From Catajapyx aquilonaris (Eukaryota), in contig KZ538438.1 of assembly GCA_000934665.2 (NCBI GenBank), positions 50,229-70,228 of the forward strand: DNA of 20,000 nt. The letters are read 5' to 3'. The position numbers and the translations under genes were made by a program. Positions 1 through 11,713 of the stretch are shown one piece after another (the stretch's first letter is position 1; every line of letters begins with the position of its first letter). The notes beneath the pieces are model-generated. The model made no database searches and was not told the origin of the DNA. It was given only the letters and a program-made list of their open reading frames with translations.

Positions 1-3000
1 GGATAGTCCTTCCAGCGCAGGAAAAGCTCTTCTTCCTTTTCTTCCCCCCCTATACCCTTTTCCAGCACTCCCTCCCCCATCACCCCCCGCCCTTATGTCC
101 CCTTGTCGGAAATGACGCTGATGAAGAAATATAAGGCACTCATGGAAAGTGGCATGGTCCTGTAATGGAGGTAATTGCACACAATTTGAGGGAAAGTCTG
201 GGTTCCAAAGGCGTGGGCTGCTCCTAAATGAATTGACGGGCGCCACAAGCAGCTTCTTTTCTGCCTCGTATTTTCGTTTTTTTTTTTCCTCTCTGCAAAA
301 ACTTCCTATACTCTGCGGGTCCCTTTTACTTCCTTGCTCCTCTTCTCCTTGCGCTGGCTGTAGCCATGAAGTGAGTATTAATAACTGCCATGGGTCCTGT
401 GAGATTGCGACTTTGTGGCAGGGCTGAGAAGGCAGCGGCGCGCGCTTGTTACAATAACCGAGAAGCCTTGCACTTTTTTGGACCAAAAAAAAACCCAACT
501 CTGGAGCCCCCCAACCCCTAGGATATAGTCTTTTACCACAGCACATCGGCATTATTGCTTATGCATATTTGAACATCTGTTAGGGTTATCCCGGGGCCCC
601 CTCCCCTATGAATATGGAAAGAGGTAGGCCCTGTTTCGCTCCGCACATGGCACGTTTATGAAAAGTGGGAAATTCAATTTGCGAATTCCCCGGTGCCTTA
701 TGAATGATACCTCAATCCAAAGCCGTGCTGTTCCATCTCGTAAAATGGAATGCAGATACTCTGCAATTTGACCATATTCGTACCAGGGGAGTCGGACGCG
801 GGGGAAATAAGATGCCAGTCTATGAATTTCCAAACATAGCAGCAGCATACTGCTGCAGGAGCATCAAGCGCCGGCGCTCTTGCTTGTGTTTCATGTGGCT
901 TTTTTTCCCCCTTTTGCGGTTCCTGCACATTGTTGCCACGGTTCAGGCTGAAAAATGTGGCTCAAAAAAGGTAATGAATCTTCAAATCGAGTTTGGTTCG
1001 TAATTAACAACGATGCACTATTAGCCGCCTTTCAACCGCTGATTTTATTATTTTATCATTGCTGTTTGGGATCGCGCATTCTCTTTTATCTCGCTCAGGC
1101 CCCTTTTCAAACCCAATTCCTGCGAGGCACCGAATCACTGTTATGGCAACCCCGCTCTCTTCATGGGTTATCCGCCGTGTAAATCAGACTTTTATTTTGA
1201 CAGACTGAAGTGACCCGGAGAGGGGACTGTCAAAAATCGCGGTAGAAAAGTATAGGGGAATATATAAATATATATTCGGCGATGCCGGCCTCACCTTTTC
1301 TGGGAGCCAGAAACGCAAAAATATGGCGCGATTATAGTGACTGAATCAGTACTCAGCAGGGAGCCATACCGTACAATGTAAATGACCCCACATATAAGTC
1401 TACAGGGATCTGGCCCCGCGGAGTTTATTTCGCCAGCTTTTATCCCGTAGCCTTTTTTGGGGCCAACCGCAAGGGATGTTAACATACAGCGGGATGGGTC
1501 CAATAAAATTAATGAACTTGATACACGTGTTGGCTGGTGCTGCCGACGAGCTCACCTAACTAATACTATACCGGGTGGTACCTGCCGCTTGCGCAGGTAG
1601 TTTAAAATGGAAGGGGGGGGGGGATGGAAAAAGGTCAGAATAACATCTGCTGCTTGCCGGAGCAGCCTCGTCTCTTGTAATGTGATGATTTGGGGTGGGC
1701 TCTTTGGCCCCGGGGCTGAATCACACCAGGCTTATCTTAATGAGGGTGTTATCCGACGGCTAATTTTCTTATCGCCTTACGTTGTTTTAGGGCGTTTTTA
1801 GGCTTCTTGGGAGTCGGAATAAATTACTTGGTGCAGTTGGGCATTGGAAGGTGTTGATTAAAAAATGTGGGGCTGGTGTGATTGTGAGCTGCATAACCTA
1901 TACAAGTTATACATGGGGGCGAAGTTTGGATCGTAAAAATTTTGAAAATGTCCTAAAACGTCCATAAATGGTACCACGCAGAATTATTTTGGCTATGATG
2001 TAATGAGATACGCACGATGCACATGATGATGTGACTCAGTTGTGGTGACGCGAGAAAAGGTAACAACAGCCTACATATATCCTGCAGTCCGGGTTATATC
2101 CTGTAACAATAACTCTGACAGTAAACGTTTCTGAATTACAGGTTTCGCAATCAGCTATCCGGATATTATGTGCAATACATTTATGCAATGATCGTGAGTA
2201 TATGAGGTCTCTGCAAAAAAAAAAGGAAGGGAGAGAAATTGCACAAGAAAAACTATTTTAATTGTGACCTGTGGCCAACCAGGAAGCGGCGAATCCATTT
2301 TATGCGGGTTATTTCTGCACTGTACGATATTACGGTGATGGTGTCGGAAATAACACACCAGGCATGACTTATATTGCTGTGTATAAGCTATTATTTCCAA
2401 CAATATTAAATAAGAAATAATATAGTCGCATGTTTGAAGTTACATAATATTGTGCAGCTCTCGGGGATAATATTGCAGTAATTTTCACGAAGCTCAGTAC
2501 CAATTTGTAGTTCCGCAATTATTTATTAAACGAAACATATACAGTTGTGCAAAGTCTTGCATGAATGCTCTGCATGCGTTTTACAAAAAATATTTTTGGT
2601 GGTTTGAGCATCGGCACAAACAAGTTTTGCCTTCCTGGCTTATTATACACTGTCAGACTGTTCAAGCAGAGGTGGTGGTAATGTAGCCGAATATTTACGC
2701 TCTCGCTAATAAAAAGCATTTTTCAGTGGCCACATCAAGGGAGAGAGGACTCCCATTCATTTGAGGCACATGGTGTATTATAGGTCTAACTCGTTTAAAC
2801 CCCGTACAGTTTTCGAAAATGGGCTGCAGCTGGCTATATTAATTGCGTGCTGATCATCATTAGTCTTAATTTTGCTTTAGTAGGTTTTGCACCGTTTCCA
2901 AGCGTATGAAAAGCGTAATCCGGAGGATCTATCGGCCACAACTTGTTTGTTGCAACTGTTGTTGGTCTGAATGTTGACATTATATTCTTTTTGCAAGACG

Positions 3001-4178
3001 CAATCCGCAAATATTTACGCACACGAGAGTAATTTTGAGTCTCAGAGTGCCTCGGCAGGCGACAAATGCAGTACAGATGTTTGGCGGGTTGGCTGAAGCG
3101 CAGGATGAATCCCGACACCAGCATAAATTAAAAACAGTTTATCGGCTTAATGAAGCCAAAATCGCCAAGTACAATTTGGACTTAGAAATAGGGAAGAAGC
3201 CGAAATCCGAGAGGAAAGTGTGCACATATGATGGCATCACCGTGTACATGACTTGTGCTTTTGATTTCTCGATGCTGTACACTGTGCACGTGCAAGATAA
3301 TAGCAGGTATCCTGTAGGCTATAATTATTTCTCATCACAAACTAATTGCAACAGTACAACTCATCAAGGTTATAAGGTGCTTGGTGCAGATGTTACCAAG
3401 GGTTCGCTTTCATTCGTCGACTAGATATATTTATACGTATGGTGTGATAGTATTATTATGACAATCAGTTGTTGAAAGATATTCCGCAAGCATCCGCATT
3501 TCTAATACTTGTACACTAGCACGAATCATTGTAAAATGCAAATTGTTACAACCGCAATGAGCTTATGGATCTTCTACAGCTTTAAAGTGCAGTAATTATT
3601 ATCAGGTTAAGGTTAAATTGTAATTTGAATATACCCTGCATTTCTTCGTCACTCCAACTATATAGAGGGCTAATTCCAACTGTCAGTCAGTAATAATTAA
3701 TGAATGTTTGTTAGCTTGTTGATATGTTTATATGGCGCAAATTGGTTTCTTTGGTCCAAAAATAGGCCTGTTCGGTGTACCATAATTATTAGATCTGCGT
3801 ACATCGGAGGGGATAACAATGTTGCTGGGCCCATTATCGCATCCTGTTTTTTTATAGAGATCATGTCCATGATTGCTGTATTATTAAGGAGAGTAATATT
3901 TGCTGTCACCGTACATAGTGTCCGTCACTGAGGCTGACAGAAAGGTTAATTAAGTTTGTCCCCATAATGAAAATGAATTGGTTTTGACTGGTTGGTGCTT
4001 CTGCTTGAAAACCCGCAAAACTGTTTTGATCGAGGTGGATATCTTTTTCATAATCACCTCAACCCAATTTTTTTCGTTTCTCTTCACACAGCTTATTTTT
4101 CCCTGCGGTTGCAAATGCAGTCGAAATATGAGGGAGATGAGACTGATTCAAGTGGTATTTCTCTTGGATCCTCCGCAG
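1..4178 (+). other. 3' part of the intron upstream of the Tlx homeobox exon
   Basis: Ends in a pyrimidine-rich tract plus CAG at 4176-4178. No recognisable Tlx N-terminal coding sequence (eh1 or FPWM-type motif) was found by eye in 1-4178. Confidence 0.75.
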
Positions 4179-4407
4179 CGTCCTTCGCCCTGACCCGTCG
4201 CATCGGCCACCCTTACCAGAACCGGACACCACCGAAAAGGAAGAAGCCTAGGACGTCCTTCACCCGGCTCCAGATCGCAGAGCTGGAGAAACGCTTCCAC
4301 AAGCAGAAATACCTGGCGTCGGCAGAGAGGGCGTCGCTGGCCAAGGCGCTCAAGATGACCGACGCTCAGGTCAAGACCTGGTTCCAGAACAGGCGCACCA
4401 AGTGGAG
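4179..4407 (+). CDS. Tlx: Internal homeobox exon of a Tlx/Hox11-family (NKL, ANTP class) homeodomain transcription factor, C15/clawless-like; partial gene
   Basis: Translates to (x)[76 protein letters not shown]. The [13 protein letters not shown] motif and the T in VKTWFQNRR are Tlx-family diagnostics. Acceptor ...tttctcttggatcctccgcAG ends at 4178 (phase 1). Donor AG|GTATAC starts at 4408 (phase 2, in homeodomain residue 57), the position recalled for Tlx genes. The exon is markedly more GC-rich than its flanks. The homeodomain starts at 4238. Confidence 0.96.
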
Positions 4408-5153
4408 GTATACGTTCCTCACAGCATGCTGTATTTAAGACCTTCCCAAATTATACGAGATGTATGTACAGCATTCTTTTTCAAGCGGTACCTTTAGAGA
4501 AAAATTACTCAAATTAGCCCTTCAATCAAAATATTTCGCAAATCTGCCTGAAGACAAATTGACATCTTGCGTATACATGTGAGTGCTGCCACTAATGACA
4601 CTCAATGTCGATAATTACGATTTCATGAACTTATTAATAGGCCAGTAAGCGGTGCACAGCATCGAGGCAATGAAGTACCTTGGCTTGATCCAAGACCTAT
4701 TACTTGGCAGCATTTCTGAGTGACAACCAGACTTGTCTGGAAGTTGCCAAACCCCCCACGCCCTCTTCAAACTTTGCACTCTGCATAATATCGCATCTCA
4801 GACTAGGAAGTGATTCAATCCGTAAAACCTTGACGTGGACCACACTCAGAAGGAAAGGGGGGTATCCTTCCCTATATCCAAAGCCACCAAAAACTTATTT
4901 GCTGCTCCCAGCAGAGAAGTCCCTGCGCAATTCAGAAATAATTCAAGTTCCGTGTGTACCCGCGCCGACACTTTCATATAAAAGTGAAGGGTCGGTGCTG
5001 CAGTACCCCGGGGGTCAGAGTCGAGAGGACACCCGGACGACAGCTGAAGCGGGATTTCTGGTTTTTGCTGCTATCTGTTTGGGCCTGTTATGTGACAACT
5101 TTACCCCCCACCGGTTATTTGCGTCCCCAAAAAATGGCCGCCACTCTGTCCCC

Positions 5154-5205
5154 NNNNNNNNNNNNNNNNNNNNNNNNNNNNNNNNNNNNNNNNNNNNNNN
5201 NNNNN
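5154..5205. other. Assembly gap (52 N) embedded in a poly-C tract
   Basis: The N run is flanked by CCCC on the left and C11 (5206-5216) on the right. A G19 run follows at 5265-5283. Confidence 0.98.
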
Positions 5206-7922
5206 CCCCCCCCCCCTAGCCCCACTCCTAAATAAATAGTGCACAACTAAGTTGGCAACCATACGGGGGGGGGGGGGGGGGGGTGTTATCCGGTTGTCGT
5301 TTTAGGTGTCATTTGGTAATTATGCCTCTTCTTACATTATTTGGCGAGTGCGGGGCCTAATTTCTCTGCCTGCCTCGCTCTATATATATGAAAGCTTTGG
5401 GGCTTTCCTCTGTCTGGACATATAAAGCCAAGAGGTGTTGGGGAGGCGCTAATTATGCAATAGACTACGAGGCTCAAATAGTACTATGCATACGATGTGC
5501 TGCCACTATGCGGTCGGAGCGTAACTAAAGGGCGTGGTTTTCGTCACTTTTGGGAGTTGAAATGTCAGAGATTTTGGCTCGCGATTGCTGCAGAAATTGC
5601 CCACTCGTGGCATGGCGGAATTTCAAACGCGACAGTTGCATGTGGGCGGGTCATTTTTATTGTTAATTAGTGGTACAAAATAACGAGCTAAATGAAAAGT
5701 GACGGCGACGTATATTCTTCCGGCACTGAAATGGGCAATATTGGGCTTAATCCTGATTTATAGTCCACCCTGTATATGCCCGCACTCACAAGCCAGTTAA
5801 CTTTGCCTTTGTATCATATTATGGTTATATTTATATCTGCTGATCTTAATGATCTCACAAGAAAAGAGACATGTTACACCACAAATTGATCATTAGGGAA
5901 AAGTGCTACATTATTGCAGGAATCACTTCACATAGGTTGATAGTCTAATGACGAGCTTTCGCATTTTAATTTTGGAGCAATGATAAATTTTACAGTATCA
6001 TGACATTATAAAAGTTATTGCACCGTATATGTCTAAAATAATGAGGAGCTGGTGGGAAAAGGTGTAACTCGCACATATTGTCACCTTGAAGAGAAGAAAA
6101 AAAAATCAAGGTGAGACCGAATATGTAATGATGGAAAATTGGAGTTAATTTACTCCTGTTCTCACCAATTTGTTGCGATTGTGTCAAACATGGAGTTGTT
6201 ATTACGTGTATGAAAAAGAGAATGCTGGGAATTACAAATTGCAACGAAGACAAAATGGAGGTGAAGACCAAATTGTTTTCTCTGATGTACTCAAAAGCAG
6301 TGCATGAGTCTGTTCAATTATTGGTGGTTGGCTTCCATAAATCGCGATGACTCGCTTGTATTTTCCTCACAGAGTGCAGCACTTTCGTCAATGTATACGT
6401 GGACACCAAGTAAACTCTGGCCCGAAAAAAGTCAGAACTGAGAGTATAACCGCACAAAAGTAGTTTCAGTGCAGACCCAATTCCTCCTTTACTTTTGGTG
6501 GGTGGTTGGGCTGGAAAGCTTCTGCTGGAGCAGATTACTTTGGTTGACTCCGCCAACTTGGCGGTTTCAAAGTGCTGCAGTTGTGAATACTTTAAAACGC
6601 CTCCCAACGACTCCTTTGCTCTAGGCTGGCTGAGGATATAAAACCTCCAAGCAAAAGTCGAGTTCTCCCCCTCCCTCGAAAAAAAAGGAGGTTGGGATAG
6701 AGGGGCCATCGTGTAGTCCTTTTCTTTTTACACCTGTACTTTCCTGGGCCGTTAAGACTGCGACGAATGCATATACGGCTGCTCCACTCCCACCTTCGTA
6801 AAACTATTGTGGGGGCCAAGTACACAAAAATTGCGCTTACGACGTCAGACCCATGACTTATTTACCAGCTATCCCAGCAGAGCTCGGTGTATACATACAT
6901 AGCAACTGCTTCCGTTTTCATTACGGATCCCGTGTGCCTACTACCATTAAAAGTAGAGGGTCGGGACCGTCCCGTGCCAGATTAAAACCAGTCAATTATC
7001 AGGGGATCTAATCTTTTATTGAAAGGTCTCCCAAGTACAGAGGAACAGCCCCAAAAGTTATATAGGAATTTGGGACCCTTCCTCCGGTTTTCTTCCATAC
7101 CTTTTAAACGGTCGCCTTGTCGGGGAGCGGCATTAGACCTCCAAAGTTTTCGGAAAGAGACTGGGAGCTGATTTAAACATGAGTTGGGATGAAACTAGGG
7201 GACTTAATCAAGAGGAAAACGCTTCCTCCCCCCCTCTCCTTCTCCACCCTCCGCCCTTTAAAAAAAACCTTTGCTCAAGAAAACAACCCCCCCTTCAAAA
7301 AAAAAAAGTTTCATGGGAAGCCTGGGGGAAGGAGTTTTCCAGCATCTTGACGTTTCATTTGTTTAGTCCCCGGCGCTAAAAGTGCCTGAAGTAGTATCGA
7401 TTTGAAAAAAAAGTAAGAAGGAGGAGTAGGAGGGGGGGGGGAGGCATAATTTGATCCTAGATAATTAACAAGTCTAAGCCTTTTAATGCGATGAAAAGGA
7501 GGGCGCGCCTCAAGTCGAAAAGAGAAAGCGCAGGTTGTTTTTTGGAAGTCGCGCCAACTTTGTCGAGACTTTGCCGTGGAGGTAAGGGTTAGAAACGGAT
7601 TAAGCGGATTAAGTATAGTGCTTGGAGAAAGCTATGGAGGAACCTGCGACATGTATAGTAGATCAGGGTCGCGCAATTGTTCCGGCACAGAATATTCGTA
7701 TTGTTGTATGGACAGCCATTCCATTCTTTGGCATCACAGGTTGCGAAATGGGCAATTCAATTCGCTATGTCTGAAACCGCCAAACGTCCTTTTGTCGCCC
7801 TGGCACACACGATCGACGGTCTCCACTTCCTCCTTGGATACCGCCAAATATCGGACATTCATCCGCAAAACTTCAATTTGTAAAGTGCTGGGTTTAGCCC
7901 TGCGCATCAATGATGTGGGTGG

Positions 7923-7939
7923 GAGAGAGAGAGAGAGAG
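7923..7939 (+). repeat. (GA)n microsatellite
   Basis: gagagagagagagagag seen directly. Confidence 0.9.
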
Positions 7940-8882
7940 TATCATGGGGGAACGGTGTATAGGTCGTGGATTTCACAACCGTTATTTGACGTGTAGTATC
8001 GGGTAGAGTACTGCAGGCTTATGCATTACTTAGCCACCTACGACACTGGTGTATTCATCGGTGTGGCAGCAATTTGCACCTCCCCACAGAGTGCAACCCT
8101 CGTAGTTTTTTGGTATAGTACGAGATATTGGTGATGCAGTGCTGGTCCCTGCAGCATGACGGCAGAGTCGTTAGCTACACAGGATAATATTATAGGTGCA
8201 GTCAATTAAAAAAATTATAGTGGAAAACTTATGAGGGACAGACAACAATAACGCCAACTGGCAGGGATAACCTTCGGACCTTAAAGAAAATTATGCGCAT
8301 GCGTGGCAAGAGGGCGCAGGCGTTGAATCACGTGATCAAAAGGCAAGCGACCCACCAGCGCCGTCTAATAATACTTTTGTGAAACGCTGTCAATCGAGTC
8401 TTAGAATCACAAATGCACTGAGGCGTGCAACAAGATACTGATCCTTTATTTTTTTTTAAATCCAATTAAACTTAACCTTACACGTCATATTATTGCCTTC
8501 AATGTAGTGACGCAACAGTTTGCGTCACACCTGCGTCAAAAAGGGTGGTCGAATTCAGCGATGAAAATAAATATTTATGGAGAAACGTATATTGCGCATA
8601 TGGTTCCGAGTGTGGGCTGAAAATCTAGGAAATGAACAATTCTCTCTCTCTAGGATCCGACCAATGACAAAAGGGCTGAATTTTGACATTCCTCTGCTGA
8701 CAGGGTTTCCACGACCCGTTTATTGCTCGTCCAGCACAAGTCACGCCCAGTGTATATGGCCCCTGGCCCGTTCAATACGCTGCAGGAAATTGTCCATATA
8801 AATTCTCCCGTCGGGGTCGTTTATTCCTCACTGAAAATGGTCCCTAAACTTATTCGCTTCCATTTCCATCACGCAGCAGTGC

Positions 8883-9239
8883 GCCATTACATGTACAGAA
8901 ATAAAGTAATGGAATATGAGAAGGGTAACCATCATGGTCACCTTACGTGGTTCTCTTCCCACACGCAGAGAAAATCCTCGCTTTTTTTTTTTTTTTTTTT
9001 GCGATTTTGCTGTCAGCCATTTTGGTTGAGACGCCATCAACAACATGGCCTCCTACTAGCTCGCTCTTCCTGAGATCGAAAATTCGATTCGGTTTTCCCC
9101 CCTCCCCCCAAAGCACTCCACGCGTGAACTAATTACCGTCAAATTGAGAAAATCGAGATGGCGGACTCGTGCTTTATTAATGGCCGCTGTGGTTGCCATT
9201 GGTCGCAAACCGGAGAGGGGGAGATGGGGAGAGAGAGAG
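8883..9239. promoter_or_regulatory. Candidate Polycomb response element-like motif cluster (Pho/YY1 cores + GAGA repeat)
   Basis: Seven GCCAT/ATGGC cores (8883, 9016, 9033, 9045, 9158, 9180, 9195), a GA repeat at 9229-9239, and a long poly-T tract ending at 9000. Confidence 0.35.
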
Positions 9240-10179
9240 TTCGCAGCATTGGCTGCTGGCAATGAGTGTCAACCAGAACTTACCGTTTCTCATGCAGCGA
9301 AACATGTATGTAATGGACCCTCGACACAGCAGTCCATTATGTACAAACTGGAAGGTTTTCAATGCCGTTTGTGTCGCGTTTAATGGAAACTTGTTCAGCA
9401 TGTGATTTATTTGCCAATTTGAAAAAAAACTGTATTTCTTTCGCACACATTTTTCCAGGTACATTATTATTTATTTGTTGGATAACGCTGTGCAAATGAC
9501 TCCTTCCGGGCAGTTATATTTAGGTATAGGTTATCCATAAAGAAATTTGCTGATATTTTTATGAAATCTGCAAGTATCGTATGTATTATTTTAATTCTCA
9601 AACTGAATTGAATTTTCATTATGACTGTTGCAAACAGTACTTATAGGAAAATGAAGAAAATTCTTATACGTTTTGTGTACCCTTACACTCAGCGCAAATG
9701 GTTGAACAAGGATAGTGCTCCTGTTGAATTTTTATTTGATATTTTTATCAATAATAGGCCTATCAATTACATATTCTCAAACTCCAAATAGCAACATACC
9801 GGCGATAACCGGAGAACGGCCGTAAAATCCCTGGGATGCAGTGTAGTGTTCTACTAACTTGTCATATACGAGATGGTTCCGCGGATGTTGCCACTCTCTT
9901 ATTAATTCGTCTGAACCAACTACATATTCACGTACAGTACTTATGAAATTGCCAATGCCAACAATACCGACAATGAATGCGAAATCTTGGAAAAGTGTAC
10001 ATAGTGAAGACGTGAAAAGTATATAAGTGAATAAAGTGTATAGGCCTACTATCATGAAATAAAGATTTGTACATACTCTTACAGAATTAGGCACGCCCAG
10101 TTAAGTTGGCTCCCCAATCTGTACAAAATATTTTGTAACATTGAAAATTTTGATTTGTTCCAGAATTTTCTACAACAAG

Positions 10180-10583
10180 GTGTAGTCTATACGAATAAAT
10201 CTGCCAATATGATCGGCCAATATGATGGATGGTATAGGGGACGCATACGGAAGAAGCACGGGATGGGTCCGAAAGGCCAGCAGCGACAATCCTTTTTGGA
10301 GATGTCGACCTTTGACATCCTGACAAGTGTGGATACCCCCGTACATGTCTGCATTGCTGGTTGCCGGGGTCAGGCGCTCGCACTTCCACTACCAGACCGT
10401 TGCTCAACCGCCTGACTCCGGCAACCAGTGATGCAGACACGCACGGGGGTATCCATACTCTCAGATTAGACATTGTCGACGTCAGTGTCGTCGCCGGCCG
10501 TTCTGATCCAAGCCATTATCTTCCATATGCACCCCCTACCACCCATATCATTTTGACAGATTTATTCGTATGGACCCTGCACA
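10180..10583. mobile_element. Diverged ~400-bp palindromic (fold-back/MITE-like) element
   Basis: Inner arms 10327-10376 and 10409-10458 are reverse complements at 44/50. Outer arms also match (atacgaataaatctg at 10189-10203 vs cagatttattcgtat at 10557-10571). The inverted repeat is directly visible; the MITE origin is inference, and no clear target-site duplication was found. Confidence 0.7.
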
Positions 10584-11713
10584 TGATATGATGTTAGAAT
10601 AATGTCTGCCTTTCTAATATATCAGTAGGAAAAAAATTTGATGCTGATTTCCTCATTAGGAATGCTAAGTGTACCACGAAGTTGGCTAATATAGGTTGAC
10701 CCTAGCCTAGAAGTTCAAACTCAGCGCTTTCTTTCCTAAAGCTGCTTTACTCTGTAACGGACATTGACTTTCACTCTGCGAAAATAATCGACCCCATGAC
10801 ATTATAGTGACCAATCAGTTAATAATATCGCGCCCACCACGTCACGCGTCAACTCCCTCACACCCACGGCACATGTACGCTCAACAATTCCCAATCAACC
10901 CACAGCCTCCTCCTCTCTCCATGCAACCATCACCCACCCACCCAAACCCCCTCCACTCAATTCGATCTCGCGACGCCAACCCCTAGCCGAAAAGCCATGG
11001 CGTCATTTTGAAATGGCGTCAATCTTTTATCACCTCCCGGGCGCAAACTTCGCCTTGACAGGCGCGGCGGGTGAGACCGGGGGGAGACAAATGTCCTGCC
11101 AACCCTGTGAATATTTCACGCCGTTTAACAGGAAAATCGTGTCCTCCTGGATAATTCAGGGGACGGGTGCATTATTGAGAGGGCTCTGGAATCGCCGAGG
11201 ACCCGAGCAGACCAGAGCGGCCGCCTTTCTACACGCCGCTTGAAAACATTTTGTCAGGAAGCAAATCACTGGGAGAGAGAAATACTCTTCTTCTTCTCTC
11301 TTTTTCTGGTGATTATTTAATCCAACCATCACTCCACACACACACACAGCAACCAAAAGAAAGGCGGTGTGTGGTTGATGGCGGCTGTGGGGGGACGAAA
11401 TAGAGTTCCCCGGATGGACGCCACTGATTCTCCCCCACCTCTGCTGCTCTACATCCCCTGCGCGGATGGGTCTCTTTGATTGAGAGCTGCTGCTGGGAGG
11501 GTTCCACCGCACCTGATGCCGTGTGTGATTCCCTCAGGGTTGCTAGGGGAGGGAATTCGCCACTTTAGAAAAGGGGACTTAAACATGTGGGCGACGGATG
11601 GACCGGAGACAAACAGAGGACGTATCTAACGCCAGGGTTCATGATCAAGTCATGCGCGTTCATTCTGCCGTTGGTTAAACGCAGTTGCGTTGTTGCCAAA
11701 ATGCGTGTTGCAC

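Noticed and set aside
3992..4438. Whole 148-aa ORF as a single-exon gene
   Set aside because: It has a non-ATG start. The first ~62 codons are AT-rich, non-homologous and end in a clear splice acceptor, and homology stops exactly at the GT donor. Only 4179-4407 is exon.
4704..5235. ORFs of 171 and 93 aa crossing the gap
   Set aside because: They are inflated by Ns, have no recognisable domain and use alternative starts.
5460..5774. Possible Tc1/mariner-type transposon fragment (end caccctg|ta at 5766-5774; internal 10-bp inverted repeat cgtcactttt/aaaagtgacg)
   Set aside because: Only one candidate terminus was found, with no matching left TIR or transposase remnant. It cannot be supported without a repeat library.
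5990..6271. Hydrophobic 'membrane-like' ORF (also 9777-10094 and 15449-15718)
   Set aside because: Hydrophobicity follows from T-rich intron composition; no family features or splice support.
10087..10591. Overlapping ORFs on both strands in a GC-rich stretch
   Set aside because: Explained by the palindromic element; no protein similarity recognised.
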